NCBI GenBank assembly: GCA_001779095.1 | Contig: MFJD01000004.1 | Coordinates: forward strand, 173,031 to 237,030 | Origin: Candidatus Gottesmanbacteria bacterium RBG_16_52_11 | Lineage (GTDB): Bacteria > Patescibacteriota > Microgenomatia > UBA10105 > UBA927 | Direction of reading: 5' to 3' | DNA length: 64,000 nucleotides | Shown: one piece after another, positions 27,774 through 38,373 of the stretch | Layout: each line of letters begins with the position of its first letter | How positions within the stretch are numbered: position 1 is the first letter of the stretch | The notes under the pieces: generated by a model | What the model saw: the letters and a program-made list of their open reading frames with translations, nothing else | What the model was told of the DNA's origin: nothing | The model's database searches: none | Program-made: the position numbers and the translations under genes

Positions 27774-29159
27774 ATGGCATTTCAAGTGCTTCGTAACAAG
27801 TCCGGATTTATACCGTGGATCTTGATATTGGCCGTCATCGCCATATCATTTTGGCAGACCATCGCTAACCAGTGGTGGTACTGGGAATCATCCAAATACC
27901 TGGCTTTCTATCTGGGACTGGCGACACCGCTTGCGAAAATATTCGATTTCCGGGGAAATGATGCCTTACCGGCAGGGCAATACCGGATTCGGGACCTGGG
28001 TAACGTACTTAACTGGCTGGATGCGCAGTTGTTAGTACTCGGTTTGAAAGCCGGAATTCCCGCGCTGGTTTCCTATACATATTACGCGGCACTTCTGGCA
28101 ATTGCAGTCATCCAGATGTATTTTTCCCGGTTAAATTTCGGACGGCCGGCCAGATGGGTGGCAGCCGCATCGACATTACTTTTCCTGACGGCACCGGCAC
28201 CGTTTCTGACCGGGTCTTACGGCCGGACGAATAAAATCATCGTAGCCCTGCTTTTCATACTGGTATTCTGGATGGCTGTCGGATTTATCCGCCGGGTGAA
28301 AAGCAGCACCCTGACCCCGGTCTGGCTTTTCCTGCTCCTTTTGGCTGCGGCGCTAACCGACGAAACCGGCTTGGTCTTTCTTTTTGCCCTGGCAGTGATC
28401 GCCGGACTGTCGTCGATGAATCAGGGTTCCAGGCGGATTTTCAGAATTGTGCTATCTGCCGGCCTGGCTATCTTTGCGGTGTTTATATACCGTTATGCCT
28501 TAAGTCCGGCAATTGTATACCGGATTACCAGCATCCGGCCGCACCTCTGGGACGTAAAAACCGCCAATATCATGCAGCCGGAACTCCTGATCGGGGGACT
28601 TAGGATGTTCCTGACATACGTCGGCATGCAGTTCGGAAACACCGGCATATGGGGAGGCCTGGCGGCATTAACCGGCGGATTAGTCCTGGTAATTGCGGCT
28701 CAGTCCGGGCACGGACCGGTGACCGGTATTGTCAGACGGCTCTTCTGGCCCCTGATATACGTATTTGTCGCAGGACTATGCATTATGAGCCTGATACTAA
28801 TGTCCGCGACCCTGCCCGGTATCCTGTCACCGATGTCAGCCCTGATGACGTATCCGATTCCCTTTAATGCACTCTTTGCCTGCGGTGCCTGCCTGATCGG
28901 ATGTGCCGCTACCGCTACGAAGCCGGCGGCGCGGAAGCTTCTGGTCCTGACCCTTCTGGTGATGTCGGGATTTAATGTTTTGTCATTACCGTCCCACACA
29001 TCCCAGGTAAATAAGCTGCCCTGGGAGCGCAAAGACGCCAGGGAAATAATAATACCGGTTCTGGCACCGGGACCGTTTAATTTAAACACCTATCCGTTTA
29101 CCCATTATGAAGCGGCAGACGCGGTGATCAGCATCCGGGCCCGGATGGGGAAAAAATAA
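27774..29159 (+). CDS. Polytopic membrane protein, possible GT-C glycosyltransferase
   Basis: About 11 TM helices, WYWES first loop, YRIRDL, LTDETG. TATGAT lies 7 nt before ATG 27774. Confidence 0.5.
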   Translation: MAFQVLRNKSGFIPWILILAVIAISFWQTIANQWWYWESSKYLAFYLGLATPLAKIFDFRGNDALPAGQYRIRDLGNVLNWLDAQLLVLGLKAGIPALVSYTYYAALLAIAVIQMYFSRLNFGRPARWVAAASTLLFLTAPAPFLTGSYGRTNKIIVALLFILVFWMAVGFIRRVKSSTLTPVWLFLLLLAAALTDETGLVFLFALAVIAGLSSMNQGSRRIFRIVLSAGLAIFAVFIYRYALSPAIVYRITSIRPHLWDVKTANIMQPELLIGGLRMFLTYVGMQFGNTGIWGGLAALTGGLVLVIAAQSGHGPVTGIVRRLFWPLIYVFVAGLCIMSLILMSATLPGILSPMSALMTYPIPFNALFACGACLIGCAATATKPAARKLLVLTLLVMSGFNVLSLPSHTSQVNKLPWERKDAREIIIPVLAPGPFNLNTYPFTHYEAADAVISIRARMGKK

Positions 29160-29209
29160 TCCGGAAGTTGCCGGAAGCGCCGCAATAATGTATCTTGTGA
29201 AGAATTAAT

Positions 29210-30181
29210 ATGCGTTCCTTCTGGGAAGGAAAAAAAGTTGCCGTTACCGGGGGTACCGGATTTATCGGCAGCCATCTCGTCGAAGAACTTGTAAAGCAGG
29301 GCGCGCGGGTGACGGTGCCCACGTCTTCCGGAAATACCGGAAATCTCGGGCGTGTCATCAATCAGGTACGGATAGTCCGGGCGGACCTGACCGATCACAA
29401 ATCAGCCCGGAGAGTCTTCAGGGGTCTGGATATCGTGTTGCATCTGGCGGCAAAAGTTGCCGGCATCCTTTATAACAGCACCCATGGTGCGGAAATGTTC
29501 CGGACCAATGCGGCGCTTAACCAGACCGTTATTGACGCTGCTGCCGCAAGCGGGATAAAGCGGATGCTGGTCACTTCCAGCGCCTGCGTCTATGCCCGGT
29601 ATACTCCGCAGCCGATGCGGGAGGAATCCGGCATGGTTGATGAGCCGGAACCGACCAACGGTGGGTACGGTTGGTCCAAGCGGTTCGCGGAAGTCACCGC
29701 CGGATTATATGCCGGGCAGTTCGGCCTGGAGGTTGCCATTGCCCGTCCGTTTAACGCATACGGACCCCGGGACAACTTTGATCCGGCCATGTCCCATGTG
29801 ATTCCGGGTCTGATCACCCGGATCTATTCGGGAGAAAATCCGCTTAAAGTATGGGGATCGGGGAAGCAGACCCGGTCTTTTATATACGTCGATGATCTGG
29901 TGCGGGGGATGATGGATATCACCGAAAAATATGCGGTAGCCGATCCCGTCAACCTGGGCAGCGGTGAGGAAGTGACAATCGCACGTCTGGCCCGGATGCT
30001 GGTGAAACTGTCAGGAAAGAAGACGAAGATTATATTTGACACTTCCAAGCCCGACGGACAACCCCGGCGGCTATGCGACGTTATGTATGCGCGGAATAAG
30101 TTCGGTTTCGTAACGCGGGTAACACTCGAAGCCGGACTGGGTAAAATGCTTTTATGGTACGAACGTCACTTATCATCCTGA
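29210..30181 (+). CDS. GDP-L-fucose synthase / GDP-mannose 3,5-epimerase-like SDR
   Basis: TGGTGFIG, HLAAKVAGI, SSACVY, EPTNGGYGWSK, NAYGPRDNF, SHVIPGLI, DTSKPDGQPRR. Confidence 0.85.
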   Translation: MRSFWEGKKVAVTGGTGFIGSHLVEELVKQGARVTVPTSSGNTGNLGRVINQVRIVRADLTDHKSARRVFRGLDIVLHLAAKVAGILYNSTHGAEMFRTNAALNQTVIDAAAASGIKRMLVTSSACVYARYTPQPMREESGMVDEPEPTNGGYGWSKRFAEVTAGLYAGQFGLEVAIARPFNAYGPRDNFDPAMSHVIPGLITRIYSGENPLKVWGSGKQTRSFIYVDDLVRGMMDITEKYAVADPVNLGSGEEVTIARLARMLVKLSGKKTKIIFDTSKPDGQPRRLCDVMYARNKFGFVTRVTLEAGLGKMLLWYERHLSS

Positions 30182-30843
30182 CCCGCAACGAAGTCAGCGG
30201 AATGAAGGCCATGCTGTCGCGGATTCCCTTTACCACCGTTGACGAGTACTTCCTGGTTGATTACCGCTCGACCGACGGGACGGTGGAGCTGGCCCGAAAA
30301 CATAAAATACCCGTCGTCGCCCAAAGGCATCCCGGCCGGGCGGAAGCATTCCGGATTGCGGCCGATAATGCCCGGGGGAATTATCTGATATTCTTCAGTC
30401 CTGACGGTAATGAAGATCCTTCAGACATTCCCAAGATAATCAGATTACTCAAGAAGGGGAATGACCTGGTGATTGCCAGCCGTTTCCTGCCGGGCAGCCG
30501 CAATGAGGAGGACGGGCAGACATTCAAATGGCGGGCTTGGGCAAATATGGGTTTTACCTTGCTGGCCAACCTTCTTTTCAACCGGGGCAGACCGTATGTT
30601 ACCGACTCGATCAACGGATACCGCGGTATCACAAAATCCGCGTTCGGAAAACTCGGGCTGGATGCCCAGGGTTTTGCCGTCGAATTCCAGATGACGATAC
30701 GGGCGATGAAGGCGGAACTGGCAATTACCGAATTCCCCACACTCGAAGGCCCGAGGATCGGGGGCCAAAGCACGTCTTACGCAGTACCCACGGGGCTGAA
30801 GTTTGTATATTATTTTCTCCGGGAAATATTTATCGGAGTCTGA
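30154..30843 (+). CDS. GT2 family, DPM1-like glycosyltransferase (no TM anchor)
   Basis: LIILTRNE, VDYRSTDGT, FSPDGNED, DLVIASRF, TDSINGYR, FAVEFQM, RIGGQS. Confidence 0.88.
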   Translation: MVRTSLIILTRNEVSGMKAMLSRIPFTTVDEYFLVDYRSTDGTVELARKHKIPVVAQRHPGRAEAFRIAADNARGNYLIFFSPDGNEDPSDIPKIIRLLKKGNDLVIASRFLPGSRNEEDGQTFKWRAWANMGFTLLANLLFNRGRPYVTDSINGYRGITKSAFGKLGLDAQGFAVEFQMTIRAMKAELAITEFPTLEGPRIGGQSTSYAVPTGLKFVYYFLREIFIGV

Positions 30844-30850
30844 TTGTCCG

Positions 30851-32368
30851 TCAGGAACCGGCGTTAATATTTTCCCCGGTACGCAGGAGTTTCAAACCTG
30901 CCGGATTAGCGTATAGCCAGAAGTTGTCGTTTTTTCCCCAGAAGTACACCGCCGGTGAATGGTGGATCAGGGTAAATCCTTCGGGATCGTTTTCCGGAAG
31001 CGGAAAATCCAACAGAAGAAGGAAAGGGCGGGATTTGGGAAATGCATTTTTTGCCAGACTTACAGCTACATCGGGCGGAAGTGCATCATTTATCCGTTTA
31101 TGTCGTGCATCGATAACGTTGAACGAACCGGCCCGTTGATACTCCGGATACCAGAATTGCCTGTCATTAAAATAGACCAGCACATCTATGGTCATATAAG
31201 CGTGATATGCGGCAATATCCCAGTTTTCAATTCTGTTCCGTTTAATAAAAGCAGCCATGTCTTTTCCGCCGGAAAACGGATAACGGTAATCATTCACATA
31301 CGAAAATCCCGTGTAAATCCAGGAGATACCCAGGAGGCAACTGAAAACAAAAAGGAATATATTCCAGGATATTCTACGGATCAAATCGCGGTGCTGATGT
31401 TTGCCGGTCATCCAAAGGAAAAATATTATGGATATTAACGTGAGACCATGATGCCGGTTGTATCCGGAATACACATAAACATTGATGTAATAAAAGTAAC
31501 CCCAGGTAACCAGCGCCATCAATGTCAGAGGAATATTGTGTATGAGAATTGGGATAAGAGTGGCCAAACAAATGACAGTTCCAATCCTGATTATTTGGGA
31601 AAAGTAAGGCAACTGAATAATGTCCGGTTTGTCAATCGGGAGTGAAGGGACGATGGATTGACGGAGTACTTTCGTAAACTGGGAAGATATGTCCTGTGGT
31701 TTTGCCCAATTCACCAGCTCGGGATTCGGGGTCAGAAGCGCGGCAGTGAATACACCCTGCGCAACCATCAGCGTCAGCACTGTAAAACGGGCGACATTGA
31801 ATTTCCCATACCGGTACATCTCAAATCCGTAAAGGACCGTCAGAAATCCCGCCGGAACCAAAGAGAAAATATTTGCCTGATACAGGAGTACGATCAGCAT
31901 TCCGTATAAAACGGGTTTATCGAACCGTCTGGGGTAGATGGCGGCGACTGATAACAGAAGTGCCCAGGTCAGGACATAATTGCGCTGAACGACAGCGTAC
32001 TCATATGCCAGGAGATACGAAAAAATAAGCAGGATCTTCACTGGCAGGGGAATATTCTTATTGACAAACAGCAGGAGCCAGATAGCGAATATCGCGATGC
32101 CCGCATGGATAATGCCCATGGTTTCAAACGGCAGACCGGCTTTGGCAAACGGAGACAGGATAACAAACCAGGTAATCGGCACGCCTTCATTGGGAACATT
32201 GGCGACCATTTCCGGAATCGATGCTTCCCTGGCCCACCTCCAGGGATGGGCTTCATCCCGCCAGGGCTCATGATGGGATATGCCGAAAAGTACCAATAAG
32301 GAATAAATGGCAAAAATGATAAAGAGTACAGCATTATTCTTCGGTATATATGGCCGCTTCATGTCCAT
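30851..32368 (-). CDS. Membrane protein, probable GT-C (HEPWRDEAH family), paralog 3
   Basis: HHEPWRDEAH, NEGVPITW, AYEYAVVQRNY, RHHG; multi-TM body and C-terminal soluble domain. Confidence 0.7.
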   Translation of the reverse strand: MDMKRPYIPKNNAVLFIIFAIYSLLVLFGISHHEPWRDEAHPWRWAREASIPEMVANVPNEGVPITWFVILSPFAKAGLPFETMGIIHAGIAIFAIWLLLFVNKNIPLPVKILLIFSYLLAYEYAVVQRNYVLTWALLLSVAAIYPRRFDKPVLYGMLIVLLYQANIFSLVPAGFLTVLYGFEMYRYGKFNVARFTVLTLMVAQGVFTAALLTPNPELVNWAKPQDISSQFTKVLRQSIVPSLPIDKPDIIQLPYFSQIIRIGTVICLATLIPILIHNIPLTLMALVTWGYFYYINVYVYSGYNRHHGLTLISIIFFLWMTGKHQHRDLIRRISWNIFLFVFSCLLGISWIYTGFSYVNDYRYPFSGGKDMAAFIKRNRIENWDIAAYHAYMTIDVLVYFNDRQFWYPEYQRAGSFNVIDARHKRINDALPPDVAVSLAKNAFPKSRPFLLLLDFPLPENDPEGFTLIHHSPAVYFWGKNDNFWLYANPAGLKLLRTGENINAGS

Positions 32369-32922
32369 GATTTGTGGTAAAGCCGGTTCAGAATAATTAC
32401 AGCATAACCGTTGAAATAGAGGGGGAGTGAGTTTTTTTTTATCATATAAGATTTATCCGATCCGGCAATAATTCCCGAAACGAGCATCCGGTTGATTCTT
32501 TTTCGGATAATCGTATCGGTATTATATGTTTTTAAAATCTGGGCAGCAGTTATTCCCTTGTATCCAGCATTGGCAATGACAGCCAATAGTCTGATTCGGA
32601 TGGCAGATTCAAGAAGTGCTCCGAAGACGACCAGCACATAGACTCCGATAATTAACGTGTAAAGAATCAGAGCACCGATAAGTATTATCAGCTGAGCAAA
32701 TAACGGATAATAGGCCGCAATCGTTATATATCGGAAGAAAGGGAAGTAGATCAGAATCGAAATAACTGACGAGGCGACATACAACATAATAGGCCATATG
32801 TATATTTTTTCCGGCGGCAAAAACCTGACTATTACCAGGTGAATAACATAGAAAATCGAGGAAAACGCCAAGGCGTTTAATACTATCAGCATATCTAGAG
32901 ATAAGTACATATCGGGTATCAT
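32359..32922 (-). CDS. Small TM protein with C-terminal winged-helix-like domain, type B
   Basis: Three TM helices, then ESAIRIRLLAVIANAGYKGITAAQILKTY...RKRINRMLVSGII, ending NRLY. ATG 32922 overlaps the type-A stop (ATGA). Confidence 0.65.
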   Translation of the reverse strand: MIPDMYLSLDMLIVLNALAFSSIFYVIHLVIVRFLPPEKIYIWPIMLYVASSVISILIYFPFFRYITIAAYYPLFAQLIILIGALILYTLIIGVYVLVVFGALLESAIRIRLLAVIANAGYKGITAAQILKTYNTDTIIRKRINRMLVSGIIAGSDKSYMIKKNSLPLYFNGYAVIILNRLYHKSWT

Positions 32923-33443
32923 CCGCTTGACCTCCAACCGATGATTCTGCGATAGATTTCAATTAGGATATACAGGAATTTGCCTTTGGTCGAAACAAAA
33001 TAAGCATCTGATTTCCGGCCAACAAAACCCATGTGTATCAGGTCGTTGATCCGGTTAGTCACGAGTTCGGTATCTGAGAACAATTTTTTCAGTTCCTTTT
33101 CAGTAGCCCGTCCGCGCTTTACCAGGTAAAGATATATTTTTGCCGACGGGCTGTAATCGCCGTATACGGCGCTGCCGGAATAAAGGATATAAATGACAGA
33201 TATCACAACGTATATGACAGTAGCCGTCAGCGGTAACGGATACATCAGCAACGCCGCCCAACCTGAGTGACCCAAACGGGGTAAAGTATTAAGTACCATC
33301 CAGTTCAGTAGACCACCTGATATAAAAAACAGAAAAATACTCCGAGGCAGATAAATCCGGCCGGAAGCTGCTGCGTTGTGGATTAGGATATGTGCCCCGG
33401 CCACCAGGAGAAATATGGTGATACTTACAAAAATATCCAGCAT
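32919..33443 (-). CDS. Small TM protein with C-terminal winged-helix-like domain, type A
   Basis: Three TM helices, then SPSAKIYLYLVKRGRATEKELKKLF...NRINDLIHMGFV...YFVSTKGK, ending YRRIIGWRSSG. Confidence 0.65.
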   Translation of the reverse strand: MLDIFVSITIFLLVAGAHILIHNAAASGRIYLPRSIFLFFISGGLLNWMVLNTLPRLGHSGWAALLMYPLPLTATVIYVVISVIYILYSGSAVYGDYSPSAKIYLYLVKRGRATEKELKKLFSDTELVTNRINDLIHMGFVGRKSDAYFVSTKGKFLYILIEIYRRIIGWRSSG

Positions 33444-33512
33444 ATTCTGAAAATATTCGTTACTCTAACAGTGTATATGAACCACTATCCAATATGTTCC
33501 GAGGCAGTCAGT

Positions 33513-34982
33513 TCATAAGGCAATACCGCGGCCGTATAACCATAAATTTTCCGTTTCGTTCGACCAGAAGTATGTAGCACCCGATGTATGAAGCAGCGAA
33601 TATCCTGCGGATTCCTCATCCGGGAGGGGAAATGACAGAAGCAGTAATACCGGTTTTCCTGGCGGAAAAGCGCGGTCTATCCGTCGGAAGGCATCATACG
33701 TCGAGAGACTGAAAAATAGTGCGTGATACCGATTATCACTGGTATTATAGTATCCCTTCGCACCGAATTCGGGGTACCAAAACTGTTTGTTATTCAGGTA
33801 CGGCAGAACGGCCAGCCCGTGGGATGCAATATAAGCCACAGTATCATATTTATCCAGGTTATTCTGTTTCAGGTAGGTAGCCATATCCCGGGCACCGGAA
33901 GAAGCATAAGTATAGTCAGCACTGTATATATACTTCGTATACCCGAGGGAAACAGTAAATAATACTGCCAGACTGACGAGTAAAACACTACGAACAGCTT
34001 GTCTCACCGGGGTCAACGGCTTCTGGTCGATTCCGCCTAACCAGAAAAAAACAACAAGATATATCAGCAGCAGTCCGTGGTGCCGGATTGATCCTTTATG
34101 GACGTACAGATTAACATACAACCACCAGGAGACGGTAGAAACGCACAGGATAAAAATATGCGTATTCCTCCAGAGAAAAAGCAGAATACCAGGGATCAGT
34201 AGTGCAGTCAGAATAGTAATAATAGTATTAATTTCCGGGGATAGGAAAGGTGCTGCAGGGTGCTGGGGAAATGAAGGAACAATTGCGTTACGGATGATAA
34301 CCGGCAGCTCAAGTAATGGATTGTCGGGAGGGTAATTAATAATCCGAGCAGCACCGTTTCGGAGAGTCAGAAACGTAAAAGCGGCGCTGACCGATAAAAC
34401 CGCAACAGATAGGATAGTCCCTGGTGCCAGTAATTTTTTCCGTAAGATGTCAAAAACAAATAACATCATGAACACCCCTGCAGGAAGTATACTGAATGAG
34501 TTCGTCTGAAACAGCAAAGAGATAAGCAAACTGTAAAGGATGGGTTTAGTAAGCCTCTTATCATACAGGGCTGCGATGGCAAATGTGAGTAAAACAGTCA
34601 GTACATAATTTCTTGATATAACCGAGTATTCATATGCCATATAGTAGGTAAACGGGAATAGGATTTTCAGAAGCATCGGTAATTTCGCGAATCGGAGTAA
34701 TATGTAGACTGCGGTTATGGCAAGTCCCGCATGGATAAATGACATTGTCAGGTAAGGAAAGCCGGCAGGCGCGAAAGGCTTGAGGATCAAAAACCAAAGT
34801 ATCGGCGTGCCTTCATTCCGGATATCTTCTGAAACAATAATACCAAGCGGAGTCTCCCGGGCTTTCATCCAAGGATGTGCCTCGTCCCTCCAGGGTTCAT
34901 GGTACAGAACTCCGAAGATGATGAGGCTGGCGTATATAAACCAAATTGCCACGTACGGCAGAGTCTTCCGCGGAAATGACAT
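33513..34982 (-). CDS. Membrane protein, probable GT-C (HEPWRDEAH family), paralog 2
   Basis: YHEPWRDEAH, NEGTPILW, AYEYSVISRNY, RHHG, KQFWYPE. Confidence 0.7.
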   Translation of the reverse strand: MSFPRKTLPYVAIWFIYASLIIFGVLYHEPWRDEAHPWMKARETPLGIIVSEDIRNEGTPILWFLILKPFAPAGFPYLTMSFIHAGLAITAVYILLRFAKLPMLLKILFPFTYYMAYEYSVISRNYVLTVLLTFAIAALYDKRLTKPILYSLLISLLFQTNSFSILPAGVFMMLFVFDILRKKLLAPGTILSVAVLSVSAAFTFLTLRNGAARIINYPPDNPLLELPVIIRNAIVPSFPQHPAAPFLSPEINTIITILTALLIPGILLFLWRNTHIFILCVSTVSWWLYVNLYVHKGSIRHHGLLLIYLVVFFWLGGIDQKPLTPVRQAVRSVLLVSLAVLFTVSLGYTKYIYSADYTYASSGARDMATYLKQNNLDKYDTVAYIASHGLAVLPYLNNKQFWYPEFGAKGYYNTSDNRYHALFFSLSTYDAFRRIDRAFPPGKPVLLLLSFPLPDEESAGYSLLHTSGATYFWSNETENLWLYGRGIAL

Positions 34983-35190
34983 ACCTGTGCCAGTATATAG
35001 AGAATCGAATCAGCGGGAAAGTGACTGTCTCCATTCACAAATGCTACTATCCGCTGACAGTGCATGACCGATAGTGTCAACGGCTTCAACTAATTCTGCT
35101 CCATTCCCACGGGTATTGAGTTTATCTACTGTCTGATCGGGGAGGTTTTGTCAGAACCTGAAAGGGCACGTAACACGTCGGAAGACTCCG

Positions 35191-36678
35191 TCAATTCACA
35201 TCCCCATAGGAATACAAAAAGAATTCCTCGGGCCAACTGGACCATATATAAGAGCCGCGGGATTCATACAGCAGCTCGTACCCATCGTAACCTCCCGGGA
35301 AAGTGTATTCGATCGGTGAGGACAGAAGGAGCAAATGGGGCTTCGTACCGAAAGTTGCTTTTATCCTAACCAATGCATCGGCGGGTTTGAGCACATCCGC
35401 CGGTTTATGATACCGGACGTCGAATAAATTATAATATCCGGTTTTCCCGTATTCCGGATACCAGAACTGTTTATCCTTAAAATACGGTAATACGGCAATT
35501 CCGTGGGAACTGCGGTATGCAACTATATCCATATGCAGGAGATTACGAGTCACAATGAATTCCGCCGTATTTTTTGATCCTGAAAAATTGGAAGTATAGT
35601 CCTGGCTATAGAGATAAGCGGTATACGCCCATGAAATAACAAGGAGTATCGAGAGAGAAGTGAAGAAAATGGCTTTCACACCCGATTCAAATTTTGATTT
35701 CCCTGCCTGTACTGTTTCCGAAAACCACCATAAGAAAATAATATAGACCTGAAACAGACCATGGTGTCTGGTATTTCCCGTATGGATAAATGCATTAATA
35801 AGGAGAAGCCATCCAAGACTTGCTGCTGTGATGAGGAGAGCTGACCCGTTCCGTAATACTTTCACAAAAAGAGCAATGAAAAGTATTGCCGTAATAATTG
35901 ATATGGCACCGTCCATTGATTGCACATCAAGGTTCAGGGGACGGTAATGGTCAAACGAGGGGATGAACGCGTTTCGGAGTATAACTGGTATTTGTTCCAG
36001 AGGATATTTGGGTATATCCGGATTTATTGAATATGCCGGGTCGGGTATTAGCATGAAGAATGTAATCAAGGCACTGGCGAACATTATGGATAAAGCTGCC
36101 AGGCGTTGCGGTGATAGTAAACGGCTTCTCATTAATTGAAAGCCGTTAAGTACCATTAATACACCTGCGGGTACGATACTGTAGAGATTCGTCTGGAACA
36201 GGAGGGCAACCAGTGTTGCATAGCGCAGGGGTCTATCGAACCGTAGGGCATGCAAAGAAGCAATGGCGAACAGAAGCACAACTGTAAGTACGTAATTCCT
36301 GGCAATAATTGAGTACTCATACGCGAAAAAATAGGAAAAAAGCATCAATACCTTGACCACCGAGGGAAATTTACCGTACTTCAGGAGCAAAAAAGCAAAC
36401 GTAATCGCGATGACACCATGGAGAAAATTCATCGTCTGATACGGAAATCCGAATTTGGCAAACGGCACCAGCATCATAAACCAGAGAACCGGAGTGCCTT
36501 CGTATTTGGCGTTATCGATGATAGTTGGAATGGAATCCTGACGTGCCATCATCCAGGCATGTGCCTCGTCCCTCCAGGGTTCATGATGAAATACTCCGAA
36601 GAGTATCAGCGCAATGTAAAGCAGAAAAACAATAGTTAATAACGTTTGTTTGCGGATCAGAACCGGTATAAGCCTCAT
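35191..36678 (-). CDS. Membrane protein, probable GT-C (HEPWRDEAH family), paralog 1
   Basis: HHEPWRDEAH, YEGTPVLW, AYEYSIIARNY, RHHG, KQFWYPE. Confidence 0.7.
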   Translation of the reverse strand: MRLIPVLIRKQTLLTIVFLLYIALILFGVFHHEPWRDEAHAWMMARQDSIPTIIDNAKYEGTPVLWFMMLVPFAKFGFPYQTMNFLHGVIAITFAFLLLKYGKFPSVVKVLMLFSYFFAYEYSIIARNYVLTVVLLFAIASLHALRFDRPLRYATLVALLFQTNLYSIVPAGVLMVLNGFQLMRSRLLSPQRLAALSIMFASALITFFMLIPDPAYSINPDIPKYPLEQIPVILRNAFIPSFDHYRPLNLDVQSMDGAISIITAILFIALFVKVLRNGSALLITAASLGWLLLINAFIHTGNTRHHGLFQVYIIFLWWFSETVQAGKSKFESGVKAIFFTSLSILLVISWAYTAYLYSQDYTSNFSGSKNTAEFIVTRNLLHMDIVAYRSSHGIAVLPYFKDKQFWYPEYGKTGYYNLFDVRYHKPADVLKPADALVRIKATFGTKPHLLLLSSPIEYTFPGGYDGYELLYESRGSYIWSSWPEEFFLYSYGDVN

Positions 36679-36774
36679 GGTACTTCCGGTATGGAAACTT
36701 CGATTTCCCTTAAAGTCATGATTATACTAACATATAGGATTATGACAGAGAGGAATTGAATTCCATATATACTT

Positions 36775-37518
36775 ATGCGTCTTTATAAAGAGGAAAAACA
36801 CGAAGTCATATATCAGACCCAGGTTAATGATCCGTTTTTTAATTACGTAACGGAACTCATGTTTTCCCGGATGACCGGGCCAGGCCGCCTGCTGGATATG
36901 GGTTGCGGCAGCGGACGTAACATCATATTGGCTGCACAAAGGGGATTTGAGGGAGTCGGAATAGATATCAACAGTAAGTCACTTGAGGTTGCCGGGGAAT
37001 ATGCCAAAAGGATGGGCGTTGATAAGAAGACCAGGTTTATCAGGGCAGACCTGAGAAACCTGACATTGCTGGGATTAGGCAAGTTTGATTACGTGATGAT
37101 GCAGGAAGTGATCGAGCATGTCGAGGATTATCAGGCGCTGATCGATCTGTCATACCGGTTGCTTAAGAAAGGCGGCAGACTACTGTTAAGTACGCCGAAC
37201 GATCCGTCTCAGTGGAACCTGCTGGATGAGTATGCTGAACATGTGCGTCGCTTCAGACCGGTGGAGATACGTAGTGCGCTGAAGGAATTTTCCAGGATAG
37301 AAATATTTACTGTTGGGTTTCCCATACAGAGACTGACGATAACCATCTATGATCTGATGCTGAGAATCCTAAAGCGCCAGCATAAAGCCAAACTGTTCCG
37401 CCGCAACGACTTATTCCACGCGTTGTATTTCACTATAGGCGCTGCAGTCATGAATTTCGACGGACTATTTAACGGAATTCACATGGGAACTACTATAGTG
37501 GCGGGTGCGGAGAAGTGA
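36775..37518 (+). CDS. Class I SAM-dependent methyltransferase
   Basis: LLDMGCGSG, GIDI, EVIEHVED, LLKKGGRLLLSTPN, EHVRRF. Confidence 0.9.
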   Translation: MRLYKEEKHEVIYQTQVNDPFFNYVTELMFSRMTGPGRLLDMGCGSGRNIILAAQRGFEGVGIDINSKSLEVAGEYAKRMGVDKKTRFIRADLRNLTLLGLGKFDYVMMQEVIEHVEDYQALIDLSYRLLKKGGRLLLSTPNDPSQWNLLDEYAEHVRRFRPVEIRSALKEFSRIEIFTVGFPIQRLTITIYDLMLRILKRQHKAKLFRRNDLFHALYFTIGAAVMNFDGLFNGIHMGTTIVAGAEK

Positions 37519-37577
37519 ATCCCGTAAAATACTAATGGTATACTCGATAATTATCGTCCGGTAATAATTTTATTAGA

Positions 37578-38282
37578 ATGACCAGAAATCCCGGCGTCAG
37601 TATTGTCGTCATGGCGTATAACGAGGAACAGAACCTCGGTCCTACTATCGACGGGATCATGCGGGAAGTCCCCAAGGCAACCCGGAATTATGAAATCATA
37701 ATCGTCGAAGACGGCAGCACCGACGGGACGCTTGCAGTGGCAAAACAATATGCCCGGAGAAACCGTCGCATCAGGATAGTCCGGCACCGGATAAATTTCG
37801 GATTCGGAACTTCGTTTAAGGACGGTGTTGCCGCCGCGGAAAAAAAATACGTAATCGGTTTCCCCGGTGATAACGACACGTCACCGGTGTCCCTGAGACA
37901 GATTATCGGGCGCGCAAATGACCGGACAGTCGTTATTTCCTATCCAATCGACTGGAAACAGCGTTCCCTGGCGCGGCACATTATTTCCAGAAGCGTCGTG
38001 ATCCTGTTTAACCTCCTGTTTGGGATGCGACTCCGGTATTATACCGGACAGTTCCTGTGCCGGACTGGCGAACTGCAGAGGATGAATTTAAAGTCCAAAG
38101 GATTTGCCGTATACGCCGAAGCCAAAGTCCGGTTCCGGTATATGGGGATGAAATTTGAAGAAATACCGTTTGAGCATATCGGCCGGAAATTCGGTACCAC
38201 CAAAGCGATATCGTTCAGAAGCCTCTTAGAGACTCTGGAAACGATCGGAATACTCTTAACCGATATTTTTTTCAGAAAGTAA
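37578..38282 (+). CDS. GT2 family, DPM1-like glycosyltransferase (no TM anchor)
   Basis: SIVVMAYNEE, EDGSTDGT, NFGFG, GFPGDNDT, RKFGTTK; close paralog of the gene at 41787. Confidence 0.88.
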   Translation: MTRNPGVSIVVMAYNEEQNLGPTIDGIMREVPKATRNYEIIIVEDGSTDGTLAVAKQYARRNRRIRIVRHRINFGFGTSFKDGVAAAEKKYVIGFPGDNDTSPVSLRQIIGRANDRTVVISYPIDWKQRSLARHIISRSVVILFNLLFGMRLRYYTGQFLCRTGELQRMNLKSKGFAVYAEAKVRFRYMGMKFEEIPFEHIGRKFGTTKAISFRSLLETLETIGILLTDIFFRK

Positions 38283-38373
38283 TTCCTTAATTATTCGAAC
38301 AGACAGATGTGGGATTTCCCGGTAAGAATAGATTATTTTTACTTTAAAGTAGTATAGCTGTTTTTGAGTTGGT

